Shown here piece by piece: positions 1 to 9,188 of a DNA stretch of 64,000 bases (its first letter is position 1; each line of letters begins with the position of its first letter). Made by a program: the position numbers and the translations under genes. The notes under the pieces were generated by a model. The model had not been told where the DNA came from, did no database searches, and saw only the letters and a program-made list of their open reading frames with translations. The stretch spans positions 2,080,001 through 2,144,000 of the forward strand of contig CBDBBI010000010.1 in NCBI GenBank assembly GCA_965202625.1, in the 5' to 3' direction. This DNA comes from a bacterium (GTDB lineage: Bacteria; UBA8248).

Positions 1-199
1 TGGTGATCATCTCGTGAAAGTCCGATTTTTTTAGAAAATGGTAGTGAACACCGTCTTCCTCAAGAGCGCGCCTCGGCCGCGTCGTCGCGCTTATGGAGTG
101 CCAGACGCGCGGAAGCTCCTCACATGAGTGGGCGATCAGCGTGGACTTACCCGTCCCCGAAGGGGCGGAGATAACGAAAATATGGCCTTGTTGGCGCAT
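1..199 (-). CDS. gmk: Guanylate kinase, 5' part (runs off the window)
   Basis: Manual translation from ATG at 199: MRQQGHIFVISAPSGTGKSTL...SISATTRPRRALEEDGVHYHFL. It has the P-loop and the TTRxxR/DGxxYxF motifs. The start overlaps the yicC stop (TAATG). Not in the ORF track. Confidence 0.93.
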   Translation of the reverse strand, partial: MRQQGHIFVISAPSGTGKSTLIAHSCEELPRVWHSISATTRPRRALEEDGVHYHFLKKSDFHEMIT

Positions 200-1071
200 T
201 ATTCGACGTTTTGCACTTGCTCGCGGATTTTCTCGACCGCGCTTTTCATGTCAACCGCGCTTTGCGTGAGACGCGAATCGAAGGATTTGGATGAAATCGT
301 GTTGGCTTCCCGGTGCATCTCTTGGACGAGGAAATCGAGTTTGCGACCGACGGGGTGTTCGCTTGTCAGTATCTCGCGAAACTGGGCAATGTGGCTGTCA
401 AGACGGCTCAGCTCCTCGCTAATATCCCCGCGCTCGGCGGCGTAAACCATCTCCTGTTCCAGACGGCCTTCGTCCACCTCGACCCCCTCGGCGAATTTAA
501 GAATTCTCTCGCGCATCCGCGCGGCGAGTGATTCTCGCGCCTCGGGCAGACATTTGCGAATCTCCCCGCACCGGTTTTCTACCCCCCGGAGATGCACGGT
601 CAGGTCTTTCTCCAGCGCATCTCCCTCTTTTCTGCGCATGTGGCCGAGAGAGCCTAGCGCTTCGTCTAGGGATTCCATCAAGGGTGATTGCATGGCGTCT
701 TTTTCCGGCTCCGGCTCCGGGCTTTTGAGAAAGTCCCGAAAACCGGCGAGCGTCGAGAAGTCCACATCGCCAGGGATTCCCAATTCGCTTTTCAGGGTGT
801 TTAAGTTGGAGAGAAGGGATTTTGCCGCCTCAGCGTCAATGGGCGATACAGCGTTTGCACCCCTGTCCAGACGGATGTAGATATCGAAGCGTCCACGAGA
901 AAAGTGCTTTTTCACCGCCTCGCGCACTTCGCTCTCGAGTGGGAGCGACCAGCGCGGACCCCGAATCGAGACCTCCAAATATCGATGATTCACCGAGCGC
1001 GCCTCAACGCTGACCAAGATGTCGCCTAGCGGCCTTTCTCCCGTTCCGTAACCCGTCATGCTGTCTATCAT
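199..1071 (-). CDS. yicC: YicC/YloC family endoribonuclease
   Basis: N-terminal SMTGYG and RSVNHRYLE; C-terminal DISEELSRL...GRKLDFLVQEMHREANTISSK...IREQVQNVE; lies next to gmk. Confidence 0.95.
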   Translation of the reverse strand: MIDSMTGYGTGERPLGDILVSVEARSVNHRYLEVSIRGPRWSLPLESEVREAVKKHFSRGRFDIYIRLDRGANAVSPIDAEAAKSLLSNLNTLKSELGIPGDVDFSTLAGFRDFLKSPEPEPEKDAMQSPLMESLDEALGSLGHMRRKEGDALEKDLTVHLRGVENRCGEIRKCLPEARESLAARMRERILKFAEGVEVDEGRLEQEMVYAAERGDISEELSRLDSHIAQFREILTSEHPVGRKLDFLVQEMHREANTISSKSFDSRLTQSAVDMKSAVEKIREQVQNVE

Positions 1072-1183
1072 TATTCATCCTGGGATGTGTTGTCAGTATA
1101 TCTAAAAAGCTTACAATAATTTTCTGGTCGGGACCTGTCAATTTGCGCGCCCCGGAAAACGTATAGGGATTTAGGCCGGTTTC

Positions 1184-2959
1184 ATGGATACTTTTGTGAT
1201 TCAGGCGATCGCCCAGGAATTGAAAGAACACCTTCTGGGCGCGCGTCTCGACAGAATCTCCCAAGCGGATGCGCATACGATACTCCTTTTTTTCTCCGTT
1301 CCCCAAAGAGGGAGGCGCTGCCTTCTCATCAGCGCGGACCCCGCGCACCCGCGGATTCATCTCACTTCTGAACCTCCTCCAATCTTGCCGGAAGCACCCG
1401 CGTTTTGCCGAACTCTCCGGAAATATCTTGGCGGTTTGCGCATCGCGCGCGCCGCGGCGGGAGAATGGGAGAGAGTCCTCCAGTTCTCTTTCTCGCACAA
1501 GGGCGTTTCCCGACCAGGCGGCTCTTTCGCGTTGATGGCGGAGATGATGGGCCGATGGAGCAACCTGATACTCCTGGACGGCGGAACGGGTGAAATTCTG
1601 GACGCCAAAAGTCGGATCGCGCGAAGCCGGAACCCCTCACGGCCCTTGGAGCGGGGTGGCAGGTATCAGTTGCCGCCGGTCCAGAAGAAGGTGGATCCGA
1701 ATGGGCTCACGAGAGAATCGATGCGGAAAATGATAACGGAGTCAAACCTCCAATCCGCCACGCGGGAGGAGTTCGCGCGCTGGCTAGTGGGTTCGGTGGG
1801 CGGAGTGAGCCCGTCGCTCGCTTGGGAGATTGCGCGCGTTTCTTGGGCCGATGATGGATGGACGGGAGCGGCGGAGGCCCTGTTGCGTGTGATGGAGACC
1901 TACCGCAGAGGAGAATTTACCCCTGTCTGGGTTTTGGATGCCGACGGGCAACCTGTGGGGCTCAGCGCGGTTCAGGCACCTGTTGCGAAGGCCGATTCCT
2001 ATCGCGCGTTTGGTTCCATGAACGAGGCGGCGGATCTGTTTTACCGAAACGTCCTAAAAGACTTTCGGCTGGGCGAGCGGAAGAGAGGCGCTTCGAAAAT
2101 TCTCTGCCGTGTGCGTGAGCGCATACGAGGCGCGATTGACGCGGCGCAAAGGGATTTGGAATCCGCCGCCGAGGCGGCGTGCTTTTTGAGAAAAGGAGAG
2201 TTGCTGCTCGAGAACCTGGGCAAGGTGGACGAAAAAGCGAAGGTCCTCTCCGTTCAGGACGCGAGCGGGTTGGTCGAGATTGCCCTGGACCCGAGACTTA
2301 CCCCTTCGGAGAACGCGCAGAAATACTTTCACCGCTACAAGAAGCGCAAGAGGCGCGCGTCCTTTGCAATGGCGCGCCTTCAGGAGATGGAAAAAGAGGA
2401 AGAATTTATCAACAGCCTGACGTTTGATCTGGAAACGGCGGAGGAAATGGAAGATATCGCAAGCGTGGAGGAAGCGTTGTCCCAAGCGGGCTACTTCAGG
2501 TGGCGCGAGAAGAGAGGGCTTCGGAAGCACGGACGAGCGAAGGGCGGGAAAACCACGCGCTCCAGGAACTACAGGCGATTTCTCTCGGCTTCGGGCTGGG
2601 AGGTGATCGTGGGGAAAAACGCTTTGGGCAACGATGAGATGCTCAGGAGCGTCGGCCGTGCGAGCGATATGTGGTTTCACGCCCAAGGAGTTCCCGGGAG
2701 CCACGTTCTCCTGCGTCGCGCCGGCGCCGCGCAAGGGGCTCCCGATGAGGATGTTCTGGTGAATACGGCGGCGTTCGCAGCCTATTTCAGTCGAAGCCGG
2801 ACGGATTCGAAGCTTCCGGTCGATTATCTTCCCTTCCCTTCTCTTAGAAGGCCGAGGGGAGGGCGTCCCGGGCAGGTCTTGTTCACGGGGCACAAAACGA
2901 TTCTAGTCGATCCGGATTTGGGCAGACGTCTTTGCGGGGAGTGGGAGGAAATTTCCTGA
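1184..2959 (+). CDS. rqcH: Ribosome quality control protein RqcH (NFACT/FbpA family)
   Basis: N-terminal MDxF, EMMGRWSNLIL, IALDPRLTPSENAQKYF, and NFACT-R motifs VGKNALGND / DMWFHAQGVPGSHV. Confidence 0.9.
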   Translation: MDTFVIQAIAQELKEHLLGARLDRISQADAHTILLFFSVPQRGRRCLLISADPAHPRIHLTSEPPPILPEAPAFCRTLRKYLGGLRIARAAAGEWERVLQFSFSHKGVSRPGGSFALMAEMMGRWSNLILLDGGTGEILDAKSRIARSRNPSRPLERGGRYQLPPVQKKVDPNGLTRESMRKMITESNLQSATREEFARWLVGSVGGVSPSLAWEIARVSWADDGWTGAAEALLRVMETYRRGEFTPVWVLDADGQPVGLSAVQAPVAKADSYRAFGSMNEAADLFYRNVLKDFRLGERKRGASKILCRVRERIRGAIDAAQRDLESAAEAACFLRKGELLLENLGKVDEKAKVLSVQDASGLVEIALDPRLTPSENAQKYFHRYKKRKRRASFAMARLQEMEKEEEFINSLTFDLETAEEMEDIASVEEALSQAGYFRWREKRGLRKHGRAKGGKTTRSRNYRRFLSASGWEVIVGKNALGNDEMLRSVGRASDMWFHAQGVPGSHVLLRRAGAAQGAPDEDVLVNTAAFAAYFSRSRTDSKLPVDYLPFPSLRRPRGGRPGQVLFTGHKTILVDPDLGRRLCGEWEEIS

Positions 2960-3470
2960 AGAAGACTTGTTGGGAATGGGAGGTGAAAAACGCCTTTCAC
3001 AAGCGCAAAAAGGTTTTTCGCAGAAATTTCTCCTTCGTGCGATTCTCTCGTCTCGTGAATTTCTTGTGGAATGTCGCCCCTGCACATCCCGACGTTAAGA
3101 GTGCTGCGGACGCCCTCGCCGCCATCACGCTTGACGCCCTGGCTTTGAGCGACTTTTTCAACACCCTTTCACGGTCTTTTTACAAGCCGTTTTGCCTCGG
3201 AAAATCCGCTGTTTTTCCAGGCCATTCCCAATTATTTTTGTTTGGCTACAATAGTCATCACGGATGTTGTCCCGCCGATTTCAAAATTACGCCCCGTGAT
3301 TTTTTTACTTGGTTTCCAGGTGAAGATCTCAGATATATGCTCGATGCCGTTCGTTTATATCTGGCGAAACCGAGTTCCCGTCCCCCCTTTTTATGGGCGG
3401 TGAAGCGGAACACCCTCTCCATGGGCGTTGGTATTTTCTCGATGACGGACGGGGGCATGAATGCTCGCCC

Positions 3471-4634
3471 TTACAGGAATTTCGCCAAAACCTGGTTCGC
3501 CAGAAGTGTTCCCCTCTCTGACAGGCGAAGGCGGCCGTTTTCCTTCGCCACCAGGCCGGAACTCTCTAGGTCTGCGAGCAGTTCCTGAAAGACGTCTTCG
3601 GGGTCTGCGCCGCACTCTTGCGCGATTCGTCGCGTTGAAACACCCTTTTTCATCCGAAGTCCGAGCATGAGCGCCTCGCCCATCGCTTTTCGGGGCGTGT
3701 CCACGCGTTCGATTCCAAGGGTCGGATCGCCCGCTTTTCGGGCGTAAACGTCGGGTCTGGCGTGATTCCAAAAACGCCTCCCCTCCATCAGCGAATGCGC
3801 TCCCGCGCCAAGACCCAGGTAGTCTCCTCGCCGCCAGTAATTCAGATTGTGTCTGCACGCGAAACCCGGTTTTGCGAAATTGCTGATTTCGTAGCGTTCG
3901 AAGCCGGCGCCGGCCAGCATCGAATCCCGAAGTTCCCACATGCGCAGGGATGCTTCCTCGTCGGGAAGGCTACACAACTCTCCCCGCGCTTCTCGCGCGT
4001 GAAACGCTGTGCCCGGTTCTATGGTCAGCTCGTAGGCGGAGAGATGGTCGGGCCCGAGGCGGATAGCGCACTCAATGTCCTGGGCGGCCATGTCTATCGT
4101 CTGTTCCGGAATTCCGAACATGAGGTCGAGCGAGAGGTTGGAGAAGCCCGCCGCGCGCGCGGAATGGAATGCTTTTTGGGCGTCGTCCGCGCTGTGAACC
4201 CTGTCGATCTTTCTCAGCCCGCCATCCTCAAACGTCTGGACGCCAATGCTGATCCGGTTGACGCCGGCCTCCCGAAGCGCGCCAAAGCGTTCAGCCTCGG
4301 CCGCTCCGGGGTTCGCTTCAAGCGTGATTTCGCAATCCGGAGACACGTCGAACAATTCGGAGAGGAGGCGCAAAACGCGCCTTGTTTCCTCAGGCGGAAA
4401 CAGCGAGGGCGTGCCTCCACCAAAAAATATCGTCTTCACCTCTCCCCCTTGAAGGGAGAACTGCCTGACGCGGCCTTTCGTTTCCTTCATCAGCGCATCC
4501 GCGTAACGGCGCGCCCAGTCCGCGTCGGCGCGACCCTTTTCCATAAGGGAATCCAGGGCGTATGAGTTGAAGTCGCAATACCCGCATTTGGCGATGCAAA
4601 AAGGAACGTGTACGTAAAGCGACAGTGGTTTCAT
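3471..4634 (-). CDS. hemW: Radical SAM heme chaperone HemW (HemN-like)
   Basis: LYVHVPFCIAKCGYCDFNS (CxxxCxxC), FFGGGTPS, YEISNFA, HNLNYW. Confidence 0.9.
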   Translation of the reverse strand: MKPLSLYVHVPFCIAKCGYCDFNSYALDSLMEKGRADADWARRYADALMKETKGRVRQFSLQGGEVKTIFFGGGTPSLFPPEETRRVLRLLSELFDVSPDCEITLEANPGAAEAERFGALREAGVNRISIGVQTFEDGGLRKIDRVHSADDAQKAFHSARAAGFSNLSLDLMFGIPEQTIDMAAQDIECAIRLGPDHLSAYELTIEPGTAFHAREARGELCSLPDEEASLRMWELRDSMLAGAGFERYEISNFAKPGFACRHNLNYWRRGDYLGLGAGAHSLMEGRRFWNHARPDVYARKAGDPTLGIERVDTPRKAMGEALMLGLRMKKGVSTRRIAQECGADPEDVFQELLADLESSGLVAKENGRLRLSERGTLLANQVLAKFL

Positions 4635-4723
4635 GTCATCGTCCGTTCGTTGATGAGGCGAGGAACGCGAAAGCCTTTTTTCTATGATAGCCTGTGTCGT
4701 GATCCTTTTGCATTTCGGGAGGG

Positions 4724-6304
4724 GTGGTTTTGGTCGTTCACACGGTATCTACCGAAGAGAGATTGCGCGTCATTCAGCGGGTGGGACACGTGCTGAATTC
4801 GAGCCTGGACATGGAAGTCGTCCTGGGCCGCGTGGCGCGTGAGACGAGGGCGATATTCCCGCTGGATCATTTCGTTCTTTATTTGGTCAATCCGGATAAA
4901 AAAACCTATACCATCAGGGTGCTCGCCTCAAGCGATGAAATACTCAACGCGCCACGGGAGGACATACCGCTCAAGGGCGGCGCTCTGGGCTGGCTCATCG
5001 CGCATCGGGAAAGGCCTTATGTCATTTACAAGGACCTGGACAGTGAACGCCCTTTCGCTGAGGACGAGGCAGTTTTCAAGCGCGGAATGCGAAGCGGCAT
5101 TCGCACCCCGCTCGTCATCGGCGATGACGTTTTTGGGGAAATCGCCGTCGCCAGCAGCATGCCCAGCCAGTTTACCGAAGAGATGGGAGAGTTTCTCTGC
5201 GAGCTCACGCCGGCCATCGCCACGGCCGTGTCGAACGCGCAGGCATACGCCCAACTGGAGGCCGTGCGGGATGATTTTCATCAAGAGACGCTCCATCTTC
5301 GGGATCAGATCAAGGAGATCCACAATCCGGATGATCTCACTGGCTCAAGCCGGGCTGTGGCCGATATTCGGGAGTTGGTCGCACAGGTGGCGCCCACAGA
5401 AGCCACGGTGCTCATCTTGGGCGAGACAGGAACCGGAAAGGAGCTGGTCGCGCGTAGCATACACCACCTGAGTGCGCGGCGCAACCGCGTGCTGGTGAAG
5501 GTGAACTGCGCGGCGTTGCAGGATACGTTGCTGCTGAGCGAGTTGTTCGGCCATGAGAAGGGCGCGTTCACCGGAGCGGTGAGCAGAAAAAAAGGCAGGT
5601 TCGAGATTGCGGATAAGGGCACGATTTTTCTCGATGAAATCGGGGAGATATCCCCCGAGGCGCAGGTGAAAATTCTTCGGGTCATGCAGGAGAAAGAGTT
5701 TGAGAGAGTCGGCGGCAACCAGACGCTGAAGGTGGATACGAGGATCATCGCCGCCACGAACAGAGACCTAGAGAAAGAGGTGCGCCAGGGTCGATTTCGC
5801 GACGATCTTTACTTTCGCCTCAACGTAATACCCATTCACGTGCCACCGCTCAGGCAACGCAAGGAGGATATTTCGGAACTGGTGGATTATTTCGTGAGCA
5901 AGCATGGTCCCCGCATGAATCGGCAGATCAAATCCGTGGACCCAAAAGCCTTGGAGCGGCTCATGCGGTATGATTGGCCAGGAAACGTCCGGGAGCTGGA
6001 GAACGTGGTGGAGCGCGGGCTTGTCCTGGGGCGCGGGCAGGTTCTCAGGTTTGACGGGCAGCTTCTGGGCGAATCTCCCCCCTCGTCAAGGGAGAGTGAA
6101 TTTGCGCCCATGGAAGAATACCAAAGACGCTACATCCTGCGGGTGTTGGCGCATACGGACGGCCTGGTTTCCGGAGCGCGCGGAGCGGCCCGCATATTGA
6201 GTATGAAGCCCACGACGCTCAGGAGCCGGATGAAGAAGCTGGGCATCCAATCCCGCCGCGAGCACAAAAGGTCTCATCAAGACGCGCGCCGGGTCGGTGG
6301 ATAA
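4724..6304 (+). CDS. Sigma54-dependent enhancer-binding protein, GAF-AAA+-HTH (FhlA/NifA-like)
   Basis: N-terminal GAF-like domain, GETGTGKE Walker A, SELFGHEKGAFTGA, FLDEIGE, WPGNVRELEN, and an FhlA-type HTH (GAARILSMKPTTLRSRMKKLGI). Confidence 0.93.
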   Translation: MVLVVHTVSTEERLRVIQRVGHVLNSSLDMEVVLGRVARETRAIFPLDHFVLYLVNPDKKTYTIRVLASSDEILNAPREDIPLKGGALGWLIAHRERPYVIYKDLDSERPFAEDEAVFKRGMRSGIRTPLVIGDDVFGEIAVASSMPSQFTEEMGEFLCELTPAIATAVSNAQAYAQLEAVRDDFHQETLHLRDQIKEIHNPDDLTGSSRAVADIRELVAQVAPTEATVLILGETGTGKELVARSIHHLSARRNRVLVKVNCAALQDTLLLSELFGHEKGAFTGAVSRKKGRFEIADKGTIFLDEIGEISPEAQVKILRVMQEKEFERVGGNQTLKVDTRIIAATNRDLEKEVRQGRFRDDLYFRLNVIPIHVPPLRQRKEDISELVDYFVSKHGPRMNRQIKSVDPKALERLMRYDWPGNVRELENVVERGLVLGRGQVLRFDGQLLGESPPSSRESEFAPMEEYQRRYILRVLAHTDGLVSGARGAARILSMKPTTLRSRMKKLGIQSRREHKRSHQDARRVGG

Positions 6305-6640
6305 AGTCGTGCGCGCATGGAGGGCTGCGATGGAGGGAGTCCGTTCCGGGAATGGCACCGATGATAGAGGAGCAGAAGATTTTTCTGCCGGAGCCGTGAA
6401 CTCCTCCATTCTGAGGGAGTGCCTGCCTCTGGCGATGCGCTTGCCGATTCAGCGGCCGGGTTTCGCTACATCACCTTCTGGGTCAAGGGCATAGAAGCAG
6501 CCGTGGCGCACCTACTGAAGGTGGGCGTGGAGCTGCTGTCTGATGTATTGTCTCGCGCGCCCGAGAGGAAGACAATTTTTTTCAAGGATCCGGACGGAAA
6601 CCTGCTGAAGCTGAACTGGGTGGATCTGGTGGTTTCATAA
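6297..6640 (+). pseudogene. Degenerate, frameshifted VOC/glyoxalase gene
   Basis: The C-terminal half is VOC-like (GFRYITFWVKGIE...IFFKDPDGNLL). That frame is open only from 6368. Adding one base near 6397 joins FSAGAV to ELLH. No intact N-terminus is recognisable. Confidence 0.55.
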
Positions 6641-6705
6641 AAAACCGCATATGAATAGTGGAATTTCAGGCGAAGATGAAAGTGTGCTCAAACAAAGGAG
6701 AAGTT

Positions 6706-7536
6706 GTGAACAAACGTTATTTGGGAATATGCGCGGTCATGCTTTCTCTGGCTCTTTGCGGCACGGCTGGCGCAGCCTCACTGCAAAAAGCCATCATGTA
6801 TAACCAGCATGGCTTGAAGGAGAAAGCGAAAGGAGAGCTTATCGATCTCATTTTCAGCAGAGTCTCCCGAAGCGATAAGGCGGAGGCTTACTATTTGCTT
6901 GGAACCATCGCGTTCGACGAGAAAAAAATTTCCGTTGCCCTGGATTCCTGGAGAACGCTCGTTGCGAAATTTCCACAATCCGGAAAGGCGAAACTCGTCC
7001 AAGGAAAAATATCTGAACTGGCGGAGATAGTCGGCGAATCGACGGAAAAATCCATCAAAAACGCCGTTGCGCGCTCTTACTTGCGGCATGGGGATTTCTG
7101 GTCGAAAGGGAGAAGCCGAGTATTTTCTATAGATGGTAGTTGGATTCCGCGTGTTGAAGCGGCGAATAAATGGTATGATAAAATTATCGCTGAATTTCCG
7201 AAGACACCCGCCGCCGAACTCGCATACGAAAGCAAGCTCAAGACGCTTATTGGATGGAGGCGTTCTGGCTCATCCTTTGGTTTAAGCAAGTCTAGGAAAT
7301 ATATGCCGCAATTACTGGAAACTTTCGCTGCGTTTGAACGGGATTTTCCGGAATCTGGTGCATTGTAGGCGTTCAGATATCAGATAGCCCAGGAGTATTG
7401 GGTTGCTAATGTTGAGTATCATAATAATAATATGAAGAAATGGCTGAACAAAATAATCGCTGCAGCAGGCGAGCGAGACAGCTTTTACAAAGACTTGGCG
7501 AAAAGAACATTGCGTAACATGGGGCCGAAAAAATGA
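6706..7536 (+). pseudogene. Secreted TPR/BamD-like helical repeat protein interrupted by an in-frame TAG at 7366-7368
   Basis: RBS AAAGGAG, then GTG at 6706 and a signal peptide. TPR-like segments AEAYYLLG and xxFPxS/T repeats. The frame continues 55 codons past the TAG (AFRYQIAQEYW...WLNKII...DSFYKDLAKRTL) to TGA at 7534-7536. Confidence 0.6.
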
Positions 7537-7567
7537 GGGCACAGAACATCACGGGAGACGAGGCGAG

Positions 7568-7951
7568 ATGAAACTGACGTTTGATCACATCCATTGCGTT
7601 CACGCTGACGTGGATGCGGCGGTCGCGTTCTACACGGACGTTCTGGGAGCGACCGAGACCAACCGAATCGACCGGGGCGGCGCGCCACAAGTGTATCTGG
7701 ACGTCCACGGGGCGAGCGTCATCGTTCGTGGGCGCCGCGGCGGCGAGGAGCTCGCCCCGGCACCAGACGGCTGGCCACGCTACAGCGTTGACCACTATGC
7801 GTTTTGCGTGGAGGGAAAGCTGGGCGACGCACTTGATGCGGTTCGCGCTCGCGGCGGAAAGGTCGTGGCGGAGGGTGAGGCGGAGGAGTTGTATTTCGCC
7901 TACCTGGAAGCGCCGGACGGCGTCGTGATCGAGCTGATGGAGATGAAGTAG
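7568..7951 (+). CDS. VOC/glyoxalase family protein
   Basis: FDHIH...AVAFYTDVLG, VDHYAF, YLEAPDGVVIELME. Confidence 0.88.
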   Translation: MKLTFDHIHCVHADVDAAVAFYTDVLGATETNRIDRGGAPQVYLDVHGASVIVRGRRGGEELAPAPDGWPRYSVDHYAFCVEGKLGDALDAVRARGGKVVAEGEAEELYFAYLEAPDGVVIELMEMK

Positions 7952-7988
7952 AAGCCGGAAAATGCGTCGTGGGCCAGGAGCACCTGGA

Positions 7989-8636
7989 ATGTTTCAGCGC
8001 ATCTTTTTTGCGGCGCTCATATCGGGCGTGATCGCGGGTCTTTTCGTATCCGCCGTTCATTCGTTTCGCGTCCTCCCCTTGATGCGTCAGGCGGAAGAAT
8101 TCGAGGCACAGAGAAAAGAACCTGTCCCCCCAGCCGAGGATGCGGGCGGCGGCCTCCCGAGGTTCGCGCTCACGCTGGTTTCGAACTGCCTCGCGGCGAT
8201 TGGCTTCGCGCTGCTGCTCGTCGCCTGCTTCGCCCTTCGGGGGAACGTGGACGGGAAAAAGGGAATCCTCTGGGGGATTGGCGGATTCGCCGTCTTCAGC
8301 CTTGCGCCTTCTGTCGGCTTATCACCCGTGCCTCCTGGTGCCTTCGCCGCTGCCGTGGCGGATAGGCAGATTTGGTGGGTTCTCACCGTGGCGGGTGCGT
8401 CCTCGGGTCTGATTCTGTTGGTTTTCAAACCTGGGAGTGTTTTCAAGGCTCTGGGGGTTGTCCTCATCCTTTCGCCGCACGCTCTGGGCACCCCGCATCC
8501 TGATGTGCATGGTGGCGCGGTGCCCGATGCTCTGGCGAGAAGCTTTGTCCTGGCGGCGCTCGCCGCCTCGGCCATGTTCTGGATCGTTCTGGGTTTTTGC
8601 GCTGGCTATTTTTTCAATCGCCTGTTCAGGGAGTGA
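7989..8636 (+). CDS. cbtA: CbtA family putative cobalt transporter subunit
   Basis: Five to six TM helices; GILWGIGGFAVFSLAPSVGLxPxPPG...AVADRQIWWVLTV, PHxLGTPHP, and FWIVLG match the CbtA pattern. Alternative start at 7962. Confidence 0.85.
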   Translation: MFQRIFFAALISGVIAGLFVSAVHSFRVLPLMRQAEEFEAQRKEPVPPAEDAGGGLPRFALTLVSNCLAAIGFALLLVACFALRGNVDGKKGILWGIGGFAVFSLAPSVGLSPVPPGAFAAAVADRQIWWVLTVAGASSGLILLVFKPGSVFKALGVVLILSPHALGTPHPDVHGGAVPDALARSFVLAALAASAMFWIVLGFCAGYFFNRLFRE

Positions 8637-8774
8637 TATTCTCTTGCGATCCCCAGACGATCTGTGAAGTTTGGCGCCCGTACGTAGTCGCCCATTTACC
8701 CTGGCGGTTCCGTTCCTGCTCGGCGACAGGTACCTTTTTTGTCCATCCTCGCACAAAACCGACCGGATTACTTA

Positions 8775-8802
8775 ACGATAAATCGTAAAATATCGATATT
8801 TT
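8775..8802. promoter_or_regulatory. Tandem palindromes, candidate upstream activator sites
   Basis: ACGATAAATCGT (8775-8786) directly followed by the perfect 16-bp palindrome AAAATATCGATATTTT (8787-8802), about 100 bp upstream of a sigma54 promoter. Confidence 0.5.
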
Positions 8803-8851
8803 GTAATTTATAGGCCTCTTTTTCTTATCCCTTCATCCAGCGGGTTATTTC

Positions 8852-8879
8852 GTAAATCATTGTTTTTGTGATGATTTAC
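8852..8879. promoter_or_regulatory. Inverted repeat, candidate IHF or regulator site
   Basis: GTAAATCAT-N10-ATGATTTAC in an AT-rich segment between the candidate UAS and the -24 box. Confidence 0.45.
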
Positions 8880-8894
8880 AGAAATTTTCTATTT

Positions 8895-8910
8895 TGGCAT
8901 AAATTTTGCT
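8895..8910 (+). promoter_or_regulatory. Sigma54 (-24/-12) promoter
   Basis: TGGCATAAATTTTGCT has GG-N10-GC and matches the TGGCAC-N5-TTGCW consensus; it lies about 60 bp upstream of the 8969 ORF. Confidence 0.8.
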
Positions 8911-8968
8911 TAAAATATAATAACTATTGTTTCATGTCTCTCCTGGAGATAAGGGGAAGGAGGCGGAG

Positions 8969-9148
8969 ATGGAATTTCTCAAGGTGTATGTCATGGCGGC
9001 GTTGCCCGTTTTTATCGCTTTCGGCGCGATTTGGTGGTTTATGACCTGCAGCGTCGTCGCGCATCTTCCGAGGAGGGCCTCGCGCGCGGCTGCTCCCGAA
9101 GGCGGCCGGGCCGTCGTCAAACAGGCGAGATGGCAAAAAGCCGCGTAG
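8969..9148 (+). CDS. Small single-pass membrane protein (59 aa), unknown function
   Basis: RBS AAGGAGG; MEFLKVYVMAALPVFIAFGAIWWFM hydrophobic helix followed by a basic tail; first gene after the sigma54 promoter. Confidence 0.65.
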   Translation: MEFLKVYVMAALPVFIAFGAIWWFMTCSVVAHLPRRASRAAAPEGGRAVVKQARWQKAA

Positions 9149-9188
9149 AAAATGCGCGCAGCACATGCAAACAGCGGAGCGAAAACCC

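Noticed and set aside
3151-3167. GACTTTTTCAACACCCT, resembling an IS or MITE terminal repeat
   Set aside because: No partner inverted repeat or transposase found, and it is too short to support a call.
2932-3588. 218-aa plus-strand ORF
   Set aside because: It overlaps both rqcH and hemW, has atypical Phe-rich composition and shows no motifs.
7366-7368. Genome-wide TAG reassignment
   Set aside because: Many clearly complete genes end in TAG at their expected C-termini (VOC 7951, proA 12212, SSS 24858, TAXI 27943), so this is not global recoding.
8683-8706. VVAHLP peptide shared between the 8597-8788 ORF and the 8969 small protein
   Set aside because: Only six residues with different codons, and the 8597 ORF overlaps cbtA and lacks an RBS; probably coincidence.
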